Shown piece after piece: positions 22,160-34,335 of a stretch of 64,000 bases of DNA. This stretch comes from Spirochaetia bacterium. Its GTDB lineage: Bacteria; Spirochaetota; Spirochaetia; SZUA-6; Bin103. A program made the translations under genes and the position numbers. The stretch's first letter is position 1. The number at the start of each line of letters is the position of its first letter. The stretch spans positions 1,792,001 to 1,856,000 of the forward strand of contig CBDBDQ010000005.1 of assembly GCA_965203905.1 (NCBI GenBank), read 5' to 3'. The notes below the pieces were generated by a model. That model saw only the letters and a list, made by a program, of their open reading frames with translations. It did not search any database and was not told the DNA's origin.

Positions 22160-22954
22160 ATGAGATTGCAACTGACCATCCGGTGGCCACAGCGCCGGCA
22201 CGCTGCTGTTGTCGGGATGCGCCTATGGACCGTTGCGGTCGTAATGCTGTCGTTGGTGACTTTCACACTCGGGGCTCGCGAACGGCAACCCCTGATGGAT
22301 GCCGAGCATGCCTCCATCAGCGGCACGGTCACCTACGCGGGACCCGGTTCCGAGATCACCTTGTTGGACATGTCCACGGACCCCGTGTGCGTCGAACTGA
22401 ACCGGGAGAGTCCGCAGCGCCGCGAGGCCTTGGTGCTCGGCACGGCGCGGGGGCTGGCCAACGTGCTGGTGCAGCTCAAGGGAAGGCTGCCGCGTAACGG
22501 CGATGCGCTACCCGGCACGGCCGTGGAACTCGACCAGAGCGGGTGCCGGTTCGCCCCGCACGTGCTTGCCCTGCGCGTCGGCCAGACCCTGAGAGTGCTC
22601 AATCCCGACGGCACGCTGCACACCGTGCACGCCTACTCCAGGGTCAATCCCAGCTTCAATGATGCGATGCCCAGGTTCCGCACCATGCTCGAGAGGGTGT
22701 TCGACCAGACGGAGCCGACCCCGTTCGTCGTGAAGTGCGAGGTCCACCCGTGGATGAGCGCCTGGGTAGCGGTGTTCGATCACCCGTACTATTTCGTCAC
22801 CGGGCGTGACGGGAGCTTTCGGATCGGCAACCTGCCGGCCGGCACCTACGAGTTGGAGCTCTGGCACGAGCGGCTGCGGGCACAGACGCACACGGTTACG
22901 GTGGCGGCTGGCGAGAGTGTCCGCGTGGACGCCGTGATGCGAGTGGGAAGGTAG
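22160..22954 (+). CDS. Secreted cupredoxin-like/carboxypeptidase-regulatory-like domain protein
   Basis: Signal-like segment, DPVC, SGCRFAPH, LHTVH, CEVHPWM. Confidence 0.8.
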   Translation: MRLQLTIRWPQRRHAAVVGMRLWTVAVVMLSLVTFTLGARERQPLMDAEHASISGTVTYAGPGSEITLLDMSTDPVCVELNRESPQRREALVLGTARGLANVLVQLKGRLPRNGDALPGTAVELDQSGCRFAPHVLALRVGQTLRVLNPDGTLHTVHAYSRVNPSFNDAMPRFRTMLERVFDQTEPTPFVVKCEVHPWMSAWVAVFDHPYYFVTGRDGSFRIGNLPAGTYELELWHERLRAQTHTVTVAAGESVRVDAVMRVGR

Positions 22955-22960
22955 AGAACG

Positions 22961-23704
<744 letters not shown>

Positions 23705-23719
23705 CGGGCTCAGCTGCGA

Positions 23720-24112
23720 TTAGCGGCGGCGGCGCAGGACGGCGACCGCGATCCAGACCGGCAGACTCAGAATGACCGCGTAGAAGGCGATCGCCAGCGG
23801 GCCCAGGAGCCCCGCGACCAGCGCCGCCGCCACGGTCGCGGGCGCCAGCACCGCGGCGGCGACCCAGGTGGCGCGGACGTAGCCCAGCCGGCGCAGCTGC
23901 CGGCAGGCCAGCGCCAGGGGCAGGCCCGCGGGCGCCACCACGACCAGCGACAGCAGCGGCGCCAGCAACGATGCCATCGCCGGCACGTCAGGCCCGCTAC
24001 CGAATCCGAAACCACGCAACAACGCCGAAAGGATCAGCCCCACCGGCAGCCACAGCAGTGCGGCGATGAAGAAAATCGGGCCTGACCACTGCCGCGCCTT
24101 GCGAGCGGACAT
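23720..24112 (-). CDS. Hypothetical membrane protein
   Basis: Four hydrophobic segments; ATG at 24112 just after the fic stop codon. Confidence 0.6.
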   Translation of the reverse strand: MSARKARQWSGPIFFIAALLWLPVGLILSALLRGFGFGSGPDVPAMASLLAPLLSLVVVAPAGLPLALACRQLRRLGYVRATWVAAAVLAPATVAAALVAGLLGPLAIAFYAVILSLPVWIAVAVLRRRR

Positions 24113-24117
24113 GGCAG

Positions 24118-25242
24118 CTACGCTTGCCCGGAGCTGTGCGGCTCTGCGGCGGCCAGCCGGTAGCTGGTGCTGCGTCCTCCGCCCGGGTTCCGAACGATGA
24201 CGCCGCGAGCCAGAAGGTCGCGAATGTCGCGCAACGCGGAGTCGGTGGAGCACTTGGCGAGCTTGGCGTACTTCGACGTCGTGAGATGGCCGTGGAAGTC
24301 CCCGAGCAGAAGGTTGATGATCGCGCGCTGCCGGTCGTTCACCGGCCGCTGGTTGATCCGCTGCCACAGCCTTGCCTTGTAGAGTACCGAGGCGAGCTGA
24401 TTGCCGGCTTCCTGGATGCAACGGTCGAGGCAGGCGAGGAACCACGTGAGCCAGACGGTAATGTCGAGGCTGCCGCGCTGCGCGGCTTCCAGGCGGCGGT
24501 AGTACTGCTCGCGCTGTGCTTCGATTGCGGAGGACATGCTGTAGTAGCGCTCCTGCGTGCCGTCGGCCTGCGCCAGTGCAAGTTCGGCGATGGCGCGGGC
24601 GATGCGACCGTTGCCGTCGTCGAATGGGTGAATTGTTACAAACCAGAAATGGGCGACGCCCGCTTTGAGCACGGGGTCGATCGCCGGCGCCGCGAACCAC
24701 TCCAGGAAGCGCCTCATCTCGTCTTCGAGGCGCGCGGCGGCGGGTGCCTGAAAGTGCACCCTCTCCCTGCCCAGCGGACCCGACACGACCTGCATCGGTC
24801 CGCCCTCATCCGTACGCCACGCTCCCACGGCAATCCGGTTCAGCCCGCTGTAGCCGGTGGGAAACAGTGCCGCATGCCAGCGAAACAGTCGCTCGGCGGT
24901 GAGCGGCCGGTCGAAGTTGCGGGTGGCATCGAGCATCATGGCGACCACTCCTTCGACGTCGCGTCCCGGCACGGGGAGGCGCGCGGCGTCGAGGCCAAGC
25001 TGGCGGGTGATCGACGAGCGCACCTGGGCCGGGTCCAGATGTTCGCCCTCGATGGCCGATGACCGTACGACCTCGGTGGTCAGCACCGAGACCCGGGCCT
25101 CGGTTCGAAGGTCGAATCCCAGGGCTTCCAGGTTCCCGAGATGTCTGCCCTGCTTGTGGCGCACATCCGCCAGCAACGCCCCCACGGGGGCATCGTCCCA
25201 GGTGAAATCGGGCCATTCCGGCCGTTCGTGGATCCAGGTCAT
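24118..25242 (-). CDS. Fic family protein (DUF4172 N-terminus, C-terminal HTH)
   Basis: HPFDDGNGRIAR motif; SSAIEGE inhibitory motif. Confidence 0.92.
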   Translation of the reverse strand: MTWIHERPEWPDFTWDDAPVGALLADVRHKQGRHLGNLEALGFDLRTEARVSVLTTEVVRSSAIEGEHLDPAQVRSSITRQLGLDAARLPVPGRDVEGVVAMMLDATRNFDRPLTAERLFRWHAALFPTGYSGLNRIAVGAWRTDEGGPMQVVSGPLGRERVHFQAPAAARLEDEMRRFLEWFAAPAIDPVLKAGVAHFWFVTIHPFDDGNGRIARAIAELALAQADGTQERYYSMSSAIEAQREQYYRRLEAAQRGSLDITVWLTWFLACLDRCIQEAGNQLASVLYKARLWQRINQRPVNDRQRAIINLLLGDFHGHLTTSKYAKLAKCSTDSALRDIRDLLARGVIVRNPGGGRSTSYRLAAAEPHSSGQA

Positions 25243-25368
25243 GATCGCCGCACGAATTGCAGCGATTATGGCAAATGCCCTGGCATCCGGTCAATCATTC
25301 GCCGCAACTTGTGCGGTGAAAACCGTCCGCATTCACGGCATGGCTCATCGACCGGCGCGCCTTCGCCC

Positions 25369-26169
25369 TCAGTAGATTCTGAATGGGAAGTACTTTGCAT
25401 TGATTCGGGCGTAGGTACCGTCGGCGAGGATCGCCGCGATGGCGGCGTTGAGCCGCTTGCGCAGCTCGTCATCCTCCTTGCGTACCGCGATGCCGATGCC
25501 TTCGTCCACGCTGTGGGCATCGCCGACCATCTGGTACTCGCCCCCGGCCTCGGTCTGCAGCCACTCGTACAGCATCAGCCCGTCGCCGAACACCGCGTCG
25601 AGTTGGCCGCCGGCCAGGTCCAGGAACACGCTCGCCTGAGTGTCGTACAGCGTGACCTGCGCGGCGCCGGCATGCTCTTCCAGCCAACTCGCGGCGATGG
25701 TGCCACGTTGCGCGCCGATGTTCTTGCCGGACGGAAACGCAGGATCGAATCCGCCGCCCTTGGCGGCAACGAAGCGCACCTGGTTGCTGTAATACTTGTC
25801 GGTAAAGCTGACCATGCGCTTGCGCTCATCGGTGATCGACATGCTGGCCACGATCGCGTCGTACTTCTTCTCCAGCAGCGCCGGGATGATGCCGTCCCAC
25901 TCCTGGGCCACGAATGCGCACTCCACCTGCATCTGCGCACACAGCGCCAGCGCTATGTCGACGTCAAACCCCGTCAGTTCACCCGACTCGTCGAGGTAGT
26001 TGAACGGAGGGTAGTTGGCCTCGGTGCCGATGCGCAGCGTTGCGGGCAACCCGCCGTCCGCATCCGCACCGCCGCCGGCAAACAGCAGCGGCGCGCTCAG
26101 CGCCACCAACAATGCCGCCAAGACCGGTCTCACTACCGCCTCCCGCAGCTCCAACGATGCGGCGCCCAT
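25369..26169 (-). CDS. Polar amino-acid ABC transporter substrate-binding protein
   Basis: GTEANYPPFN, GFDVDIA, WDGIIPAL, SITDERK; spirochaete-like signal LFAGG. Confidence 0.9.
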   Translation of the reverse strand: MGAASLELREAVVRPVLAALLVALSAPLLFAGGGADADGGLPATLRIGTEANYPPFNYLDESGELTGFDVDIALALCAQMQVECAFVAQEWDGIIPALLEKKYDAIVASMSITDERKRMVSFTDKYYSNQVRFVAAKGGGFDPAFPSGKNIGAQRGTIAASWLEEHAGAAQVTLYDTQASVFLDLAGGQLDAVFGDGLMLYEWLQTEAGGEYQMVGDAHSVDEGIGIAVRKEDDELRKRLNAAIAAILADGTYARINAKYFPFRIY

Positions 26170-26292
26170 CTTTGGATCATAGCGGTCGCGGGGCGTCCGG
26201 CGCCAGAGCCACCACGGACTCGCACCGGTGCGGCGCCCACCGCTACGACCGTGTCGCCGGCGTCGAGGTGCACCGGTACGCGCGGAAAGCGG

Positions 26293-27315
26293 TCACAGGC
26301 CGGTCTCGAGCAGTGCCTTGGCGAGGCGGTCGAGATCGGCACGGTTCTCGATCCTGCCGAGCTTCAAGGTACGGCGCACGACGGGCAGCCAGGGGCCCAG
26401 CGCCGTGCGCAGCGACTGCAGCTCGAAGGCGGTGGTGTCGGGGGCGGCGCCGGCGGCGAACGGCAGTTGGTCGAGGGCGCCGAGCAGGGTGGTGAGAAAG
26501 CGCGCGATGCGCCGCATCTTGCGGTAGTTGAGCTGCGCAGGGGTGTCGCTCCCCTGGTGATAGTGTTCCCAGCGGCCGCAGGAGAAGAACAGGTAGGGCT
26601 GCTCGGCACGGCGAAACGGCAGGTGGTCGCTGACGTCGCCGATGTAGCGGTTGAGGGTCGCGATCAAAGGCAGCCGCCAGGGCCTCCGGCACCCCGCCAC
26701 CGCCGGTGCCAGTTCCGCATGTGACTCCGCTCCGGTCATGAACAGGAGGTTGCGGATGCGCGGCAGGCGGCGCTGCCGGCCGCCGAGCGGGAGCCGCACG
26801 TCGTGGCCGGTGAGGTCCTGGATCACCGCGCAGGCGATGCCGCGCTCATCCATCTGCCGGCCGTGGAAGTGCAGGCTGCCCATCGCCGGGGTGCCGGTGT
26901 AGGGCGACTCCTCGTTGTCGAACAGGGCCACCACCACGTCGCGCGACAGCGGCCGGCTCACCAGCTCCAGGGCCACCTCCAGCACGATGGCCACTGCCGC
27001 CGCGTTGTCGTCGGCGCAGGGAGCCTCCAGCACGCTGTCGTAGTGGGCGCCGAGCAGCAGCGGCGGCGCCTCGCGCCGGGACCCGGCCACCACCGCGGCC
27101 AGGTTCATCCCCTCCGTCGCCGCGCCGCCCTCCGGGGCTCCCGGCACGGTGAACGGCAGGCGGAAGGAGTCGCCCCGGTAGGGCCGCAGGCCGATGGTGT
27201 GCAGCCGCTCCACCAGGTAGTGCTCGGCGCGGCGGTGGCCGAGGGTGCCCGGCTTGCGGCCCTCGGCGGTGGCCAGAGCCGCCACGTCGTCACGCAACCG
27301 CCGTACCGCCGTCAT
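26293..27315 (-). CDS. M28 family peptidase
   Basis: GAHYD, ADDNAA, DNEE, SDH, YH motifs. Confidence 0.85.
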   Translation of the reverse strand: MTAVRRLRDDVAALATAEGRKPGTLGHRRAEHYLVERLHTIGLRPYRGDSFRLPFTVPGAPEGGAATEGMNLAAVVAGSRREAPPLLLGAHYDSVLEAPCADDNAAAVAIVLEVALELVSRPLSRDVVVALFDNEESPYTGTPAMGSLHFHGRQMDERGIACAVIQDLTGHDVRLPLGGRQRRLPRIRNLLFMTGAESHAELAPAVAGCRRPWRLPLIATLNRYIGDVSDHLPFRRAEQPYLFFSCGRWEHYHQGSDTPAQLNYRKMRRIARFLTTLLGALDQLPFAAGAAPDTTAFELQSLRTALGPWLPVVRRTLKLGRIENRADLDRLAKALLETGL

Positions 27316-27327
27316 GCTGCGCCTCCC

Positions 27328-28734
<1,407 letters not shown>

Positions 28735-28737
28735 GAT

Positions 28738-29691
28738 TCAGGCCAGCTCCGGGTACAGCCGCCGCACCGTGTCCACCAGCTCGCCCACGTGGGCCGCGGA
28801 CTCCGCCAGCAGGCGCTGTTCCGGTTCCTGCAGGCTCACTTCCAGCACCCGCTCCATGCCGCCGGCGCCGAGCACGCAGGGCACGCCCACGAACAGGCCG
28901 TCGATCCCGTAGTGGCCGGCGCAATACCCCGCGCACGGCAGAATCCGCTTCTTGTCGCGCACGATCGCCTCCACCATCTGCGTCACCGCCGCGGCCGGCG
29001 CGTAGTAGGCGCTGGTGCCGAGCAGCCCCACGATCTCGCCGCCGCCCTGCTTGGCGCGCTCCACCAGTTGCGCCAGCCGCTGCTCGCTGATGAACTCGGT
29101 CACCGGAATGCCGGCGATGTTGGTGAACCGCGGCAACGGCACCATGTCGTCGCCGTGGCCGCCCAGCAGCAGGGTGTTGATGTCCTCCACCGAGAAGCCG
29201 GTCTCCTCGGCGATGAAGGTCTTGAAGCGGCCGATGTCCAGGCAGCCGGCCTGGCCGACGATGCGGCTGGTGGGGAAGCCGGTCACCTTCCACGCGGTGT
29301 ACACCATGGCGTCGAGCGGGTTGCTCACCACGATCACGATGCTGTCGGGAGCGTGGTTGACGAGCTGCTCGCTCACGCTGCGCACGATGGCGACGTTGGT
29401 CTTGATCAGGTCGTCGCGGCTCATTCCGGGCTTGCGCGGTATGCCGGCGGTCACCACCACCACGTCGGCGCCGGCGATGTCGGCGTAGTCGGCGGTCCCG
29501 CTCACGGTGCAGTCGAAGCGCCGTATCGGCGCGCACTCGTACAGGTCCAGCGCCTTGCCCCGGGTCGGGTTCTCCATCTGCGGTATGTCCACCAGCACCA
29601 CGTCGCCGAGCTGTTGCGACACGATCCAGAGCGCGCACGAGGCGCCGACGTTGCCCGCGCCGATCACGGCGATCCTGGCCTTTCCAACCAT
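28738..29691 (-). CDS. mdh: Malate dehydrogenase (LDH-like)
   Basis: [22 protein letters not shown]. Confidence 0.95.
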   Translation of the reverse strand: MVGKARIAVIGAGNVGASCALWIVSQQLGDVVLVDIPQMENPTRGKALDLYECAPIRRFDCTVSGTADYADIAGADVVVVTAGIPRKPGMSRDDLIKTNVAIVRSVSEQLVNHAPDSIVIVVSNPLDAMVYTAWKVTGFPTSRIVGQAGCLDIGRFKTFIAEETGFSVEDINTLLLGGHGDDMVPLPRFTNIAGIPVTEFISEQRLAQLVERAKQGGGEIVGLLGTSAYYAPAAAVTQMVEAIVRDKKRILPCAGYCAGHYGIDGLFVGVPCVLGAGGMERVLEVSLQEPEQRLLAESAAHVGELVDTVRRLYPELA

Positions 29692-29798
29692 TCAGAGAGC
29701 CTCCTGTTCCCGGCGCACAGCAACTCCGCCCGCCGTGGTCCATCTGTCGTTTGCTTGTCGGTGGCACACGCTGTCTCTATATTCCGGGAACCAGACGC

Positions 29799-30374
29799 AT
29801 GGGTGCCGCCACCACAGATGCAGCCACCGAAATCGAGGCGTGCTACCGCCGGATTATACGGCAACTGGGGGAGGATAGCGACCGCGAGGGTCTGCTGCGT
29901 ACCCCGCAACGGGCGGCCCGCGCGCTGATCGATCTCACCGCGGGCTATGGCGAGGATCTGCGCAGCATCGTCAATGGCGCCATCTTCGAGTCCGAATCGG
30001 ACGAGATGATCATGGTGCGCAACATCGAGACCTATTCGCTGTGCGAGCACCACCTGCTGCCGTTCATCGGCCAGTGCCACGTCGCCTACATCCCCGACGG
30101 CAAGATCATCGGACTCTCCAAGATCCCGCGCATCGTCAATCACTTCGCGCGCCGGCTGCAAATCCAGGAGCGGCTCACCACCCAGGTGGCGCATGCCGTC
30201 GAGCAGGCGGTCGGTGCCCAGGGCGTGGGCGTGGTGGTGGAGGCCAGCCACCTGTGCGTGATGATGCGCGGCGTCGAGAAGCAGCACTCGCAGATGAAGA
30301 CCTCCTGCATGCTCGGAAGCTTCCGCAGCTCGGCCACCACGCGGGGCGAGTTCCTGCAGTTGCTGGGCTCCTGA
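29799..30374 (+). CDS. folE: GTP cyclohydrolase I
   Basis: [28 protein letters not shown]. Confidence 0.95.
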   Translation: MGAATTDAATEIEACYRRIIRQLGEDSDREGLLRTPQRAARALIDLTAGYGEDLRSIVNGAIFESESDEMIMVRNIETYSLCEHHLLPFIGQCHVAYIPDGKIIGLSKIPRIVNHFARRLQIQERLTTQVAHAVEQAVGAQGVGVVVEASHLCVMMRGVEKQHSQMKTSCMLGSFRSSATTRGEFLQLLGS

Positions 30375-30395
30375 CCGGAGCGGGGCGCCGGGCAC

Positions 30396-30746
30396 GTGGA
30401 CCGCATCGTGATTCGCGAGCTGCGCATCCAGTGCATCGTGGGCGTGCTCCCCGCCGAGCGGGTTACCCCGCAGGAAGTGCTGGTCAGCCTCGACGTCGGT
30501 ACCGACGTGGCGCGCGCGGCCCGCTCCGGCGACCTGGATCACACCATCGACTACGCAGCGCTGGCGGAGCAGGCGCGGGCACTGGTGGTGGCGGGGCGCT
30601 ACCGGCTGCTGGAGACCATGGCCGAGGATTTAGCGCGCTGCGTGCTGCAGTCGCCGTTGGCGAGCGAGGTGCGCGTGAGCGTCCGCAAGCCCGCCGCCAT
30701 CGCCGCGGCGTGGGATGCGGGGGTGGAGATTGTCCGTACCCGTTGA
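30396..30746 (+). CDS. folB: Dihydroneopterin aldolase
   Basis: IVGVLPAER, TIDY, LLETMAE, VRKP. Confidence 0.92.
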   Translation: MDRIVIRELRIQCIVGVLPAERVTPQEVLVSLDVGTDVARAARSGDLDHTIDYAALAEQARALVVAGRYRLLETMAEDLARCVLQSPLASEVRVSVRKPAAIAAAWDAGVEIVRTR

Positions 30747-31530
30747 CCGGCGGCCCACCATCCTCGGCGTCATAAACCTGTCGCCGGAGTCGAACGTACC
30801 CGGTTCCCATGCCACCGACCTGCGGTCGGTGCGGGCTCGGGCCGCCCACCTCCGCGCCGACGGTGCCGATTTCGTGGAACTGGGCGCGCGTTCCATCAGC
30901 CCCGATCGGCCGCCCGTGGGCGAGGCCGAGGAGTGGCGCCGGCTGCAACCGGCGCTGCAGGCGCTGGTGGCTGCTGGCTACCGGGTCGCGGTGGACACCT
31001 GGAGCGAGGCGTGTGCGCAGCGGGCCCTGGAGCACGGGGCCGGCTTCATCAACTTTACCGGCGCCATGCCGTCCGCGGCGCTGTGCGCTGCGGTGGCACG
31101 AAGCGGCGCGGCCCTCTGCGTGCTGTACCTGCCCTATCCCGATCCCTACGCCATGCGGACCTGCAATCCCGTGGCCTACGACGGCGCGGCCATTCTCGAT
31201 CACTTGTGGAAGGCACTGGCGCGCGCTCGCGCAACAGGGCTGCGGCGCCTGGTCCTGGATCCCAACCTGGGCATATTCCATCCCACGTTCGACGCCGCCA
31301 CCAAGATCGCGTATCAGATCCAGGCGATCGCCGCGCTGCCGGCGGTGGCGGCCCTGGGCGTCCCGACGCTGGCCTACCTGGCGCGCAAGAAGGAGCTCTC
31401 CAGCAGGCTGCTGATCGCGGCCCAGCTGGCTGCGGCGGGAGTGGATTACGTGCGCGCCCACGAGCCGGCCCTGGCGCTGCAGGCATGGACGCTGCGGGTC
31501 ACGTCACCGGTGGCTGCCCGTGGCTGCTGA
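30715..31530 (+). CDS. folP: Dihydropteroate synthase (divergent)
   Basis: GVINLSPES, VDT, LDP, ARK, VRAHE; sits between folB and folK. Confidence 0.8.
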   Translation: MRGWRLSVPVDRRPTILGVINLSPESNVPGSHATDLRSVRARAAHLRADGADFVELGARSISPDRPPVGEAEEWRRLQPALQALVAAGYRVAVDTWSEACAQRALEHGAGFINFTGAMPSAALCAAVARSGAALCVLYLPYPDPYAMRTCNPVAYDGAAILDHLWKALARARATGLRRLVLDPNLGIFHPTFDAATKIAYQIQAIAALPAVAALGVPTLAYLARKKELSSRLLIAAQLAAAGVDYVRAHEPALALQAWTLRVTSPVAARGC

Positions 31531-32056
31531 TCTGTACCTCGCCCTCGGCTCCAACATCGCACCGCGGCGCCACCTGGCGCAGGCGCTGCGGCTGTTGCGG
31601 GCGCGCTATCCGCTGTTGCGGGTGTCATCCTGGTTCCACACGCTGCCGTGGGGAGAGACCAGGCAGCCGTGGTTCCTGAACTGCGCCGTGCACGTGGTGA
31701 CCTGGGAACAGCCGCTGCAGGTGCTGGACTTCACCCAGGCGGTAGAGCGGCTGCTGGGACGGCGGCGGGTGCTGGCCAACGGGCCGCGTACGGTGGACAT
31801 CGACCTGCTGCTGTACGGCGACCACGTGCATGACGGCGCCCGCCTCATCCTGCCGCATCCGGGACTGCGGGCACGCGACTTCATGCTGGTGCCGCTGCTG
31901 GAGCTGGCGCCACGGGCGCGTGACCCGCGCGACGGCACCAGCCTGGCCGCGGCGCTGCCCGCCGTGACCTGGCACCAGATCGTGCGCCGCACTCGCCGCC
32001 CGGATGCCCGCGCGCCGTCGCCGAGGCGGGCTCGCGGCAGGAAGCCCGGCGCGTGA
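31520..32056 (+). CDS. folK: 2-amino-4-hydroxy-6-hydroxymethyldihydropteridine diphosphokinase
   Basis: LALGSN, GPRTVDIDLL, LPHP. Confidence 0.93.
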   Translation: MAADLYLALGSNIAPRRHLAQALRLLRARYPLLRVSSWFHTLPWGETRQPWFLNCAVHVVTWEQPLQVLDFTQAVERLLGRRRVLANGPRTVDIDLLLYGDHVHDGARLILPHPGLRARDFMLVPLLELAPRARDPRDGTSLAAALPAVTWHQIVRRTRRPDARAPSPRRARGRKPGA

Positions 32057-32844
32057 GCGGCTCCACCGAGGGCCGGCGCGAGGGCGCCGCGGGCAGCGCC
32101 GAAGCCGCGGGAGGCGACCTGCAGGGGCGCGTGGCACTGGTGACGGGCGCCGGCCGCCGGATCGGCCGCGGGGTGGCGCTGGCGCTGGCGGCGCAGGGCG
32201 CCCAGGTGGCGGTCCACCATCGCTCGCGGCCGGAGGAGGCGGCCGCGGTAGTGGGGGAGATCGCCGCCGCCGGCGGCAAGGCATTCGCGACGCAGGCGGA
32301 GTTGCGCGATCCGGCGGCGGTGCAGGCGATGGTGGCCGGCGTCAGCGCACGGACCGGCAGCCTGGACATCCTGGTCAACAACGTCGGCACCTTCCTGGTG
32401 AAGAGCATCGCCGAGGTCACCCCCGCGGAGTGGGAGCAGAGTCTGGCCACCACGGTGACCGTGACCTTCCTCACCTGCCGCGCGGCGCTGCCCGGCATGG
32501 TCGAGCGCGGCTACGGGCGCATCGTCAACTTCGCCGACGCCGGCGCCGACCACCTGCGCGCGGCGCCCAACATCACCCCCTACCTGGTCGGCAAGACCGG
32601 GGTCCTGATCCTCACCAAGAGCCTCGCCGCGGCCTACGCCCGCCACGGCGTTACCGTCAACGCGGTCTCGCCCGGCATCGTCGACAACTCGGTCACCAAG
32701 CCTCCGGGTGCGGAGGAGGCGATTCCCGTCGGCCGCTTCGCCACCATCGACGACATAACCAACGCCGTTCTGTTCCTGCTGCGCGACGCCTCCTCCTACA
32801 TCACGGGGGCCAACCTGAAGGTCGGAGGCGGCTGGCACGCCTGA
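32053..32844 (+). CDS. SDR oxidoreductase, probable pteridine reductase (FolM/PTR1-like)
   Basis: TGAGRRIG, YLVGK; last gene of the folate operon. Confidence 0.8.
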   Translation: MSGSTEGRREGAAGSAEAAGGDLQGRVALVTGAGRRIGRGVALALAAQGAQVAVHHRSRPEEAAAVVGEIAAAGGKAFATQAELRDPAAVQAMVAGVSARTGSLDILVNNVGTFLVKSIAEVTPAEWEQSLATTVTVTFLTCRAALPGMVERGYGRIVNFADAGADHLRAAPNITPYLVGKTGVLILTKSLAAAYARHGVTVNAVSPGIVDNSVTKPPGAEEAIPVGRFATIDDITNAVLFLLRDASSYITGANLKVGGGWHA

Positions 32845-32849
32845 CGCTG

Positions 32850-33515
32850 ATGGCGGTGCTGTACGTGGTCGCTACCCCCATCGGCAATCTCGGCGACATC
32901 ACCGTGCGCGCGCTGGAGATCCTGCGCGCGGTGGACGTGATTGCCTGCGAGGACACGCGCCGCACCCGCACCCTGCTGAATCACTACGGCATCGCCACCC
33001 GCACCGTTGCCTACGGTCATGACGAGACCCGCGCCGGCCGCGTGCTCGGACTGCTGCGCGCCGGGCACGACGTGGCGCTGGTCACCGACGCGGGGACCCC
33101 GGGCGTCTCCGATCCCGGTACCGGCGCCGTGCGGGCCGCCCGCGACGGCGGCTTTCCCGTAGTGCCGGTGCCCGGTGCGTCGGCGCTGACCGCGCTGCTG
33201 AGCGTTTCCGGCGAGAGCGCCCAGGGGGTACGGATGTACGGGTTCTGCTCTCCCAAGCCGGGCCGCCGGCGGGCACAGCTCGGGCGACTGCTGGAGGATG
33301 GCACGCCGTTCATTCTGTTCGAGGGGCCGCACCGGCTGCTGAAGACGCTGCAGGAGTTGCACGCGCAGGCGCCGGAGCGGCGTATCGTGCTCGGCCGCGA
33401 GCTGACCAAGCTGCACGAGGAGGTGGTGGCGGGCACGGCGCAGGTCCTGCTGCGCCAGATGAGCGCGCGGCCACGGGTGGTCGGGGAGCTGGTGCTGCTG
33501 GTCACCGCGGAGTAG
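32850..33515 (+). CDS. rsmI: 16S rRNA C1402 2'-O-methyltransferase
   Basis: LYVVATPIGNLGDIT, DAGTPGVSDPG, RELTKLHEE. Confidence 0.93.
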   Translation: MAVLYVVATPIGNLGDITVRALEILRAVDVIACEDTRRTRTLLNHYGIATRTVAYGHDETRAGRVLGLLRAGHDVALVTDAGTPGVSDPGTGAVRAARDGGFPVVPVPGASALTALLSVSGESAQGVRMYGFCSPKPGRRRAQLGRLLEDGTPFILFEGPHRLLKTLQELHAQAPERRIVLGRELTKLHEEVVAGTAQVLLRQMSARPRVVGELVLLVTAE

Positions 33516-33659
33516 GCCGCGCGGGCACGGGCGCACGGGAGGCAGGGCTGGGCCGAAAGCTCGCCGGTAGGCGACGGTTTCGGGGCGCTGGCCGCAGCCG
33601 GAAAAGAGAGGGTAGGCGCGTTGTGCGTTTCGGAGTACACTGTGTATCGGAACTTGCGC

Positions 33660-33947
33660 ATGTCGATCGAGAGTGTCGGACCGGTCGATCCGGTCCTCCA
33701 TCACCAACCGGTAGATCGCGCCGCGCCGGCTGCCCGTGCCGAGCATACCGATTCGGTTGAGATTTCCACCGAGGCGAAGGCTGCCGGCGAAGCGTTGCGG
33801 GTCGCTACCGAGATCGCGCTGAGTAGTCCGGACGTGCGCACCGAGCTGATCGCCGAGGCCGCGCGCAAGCTGCAGGATCCCTCCTACGTCAATTCGGAAG
33901 TACTGGACTCTCTCACCGATCGACTCATGGAGTCGTTCGGGGTCTGA
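33660..33947 (+). CDS. flgM: Anti-sigma-28 factor FlgM (spirochaete type)
   Basis: DSVEIS...SPDVRTELIAEAARKLQDPSY pattern. Confidence 0.7.
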   Translation: MSIESVGPVDPVLHHQPVDRAAPAARAEHTDSVEISTEAKAAGEALRVATEIALSSPDVRTELIAEAARKLQDPSYVNSEVLDSLTDRLMESFGV

Positions 33948-34269
33948 CGGGCGACGCGGCTTCGAAGCGGACACTGCGCCACGAGAGGAACGCCAGGTAG
34001 CGCTGGTCGCGATAGTCCCATAGCCGGACGTGTCGTCCTACCACCATGCGCTCCACGATGGCGCGAATCGTGTCCAGCAGCGCCGCGGGCGGATTGCCGT
34101 CCGCCGCCAGGATGGAGCGCGGCAGCAGGGTCGCCAATTCCCGGTCGGGGACCCGTGCCGAGTACCGTTCACCCTGCGCGTCGCGCACCACCGCACGTAC
34201 CAGCAGTCGCTGATCGACGAGTTGGGCGTCCACTGCCACTACCGACAGGGGTCTGGTTGCCTTTGCCAT
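33925..34269 (-). CDS. Hypothetical protein
   Basis: AGGT RBS and plausible composition; overlaps the flgM 3' end. Confidence 0.55.
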   Translation of the reverse strand: MAKATRPLSVVAVDAQLVDQRLLVRAVVRDAQGERYSARVPDRELATLLPRSILAADGNPPAALLDTIRAIVERMVVGRHVRLWDYRDQRYLAFLSWRSVRFEAASPVRPRTTP

Positions 34270-34335
34270 ACCTGCTACTACGGGCCGCGGTCGGCTCCCG
34301 CATTTGCGATCTGCGCTATACTAGGTGCGACCAAC

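Noticed and set aside
33516-33659. Sigma-28 promoter upstream of flgM
   Set aside because: No convincing TAAA-N15-GCCGATAA match.
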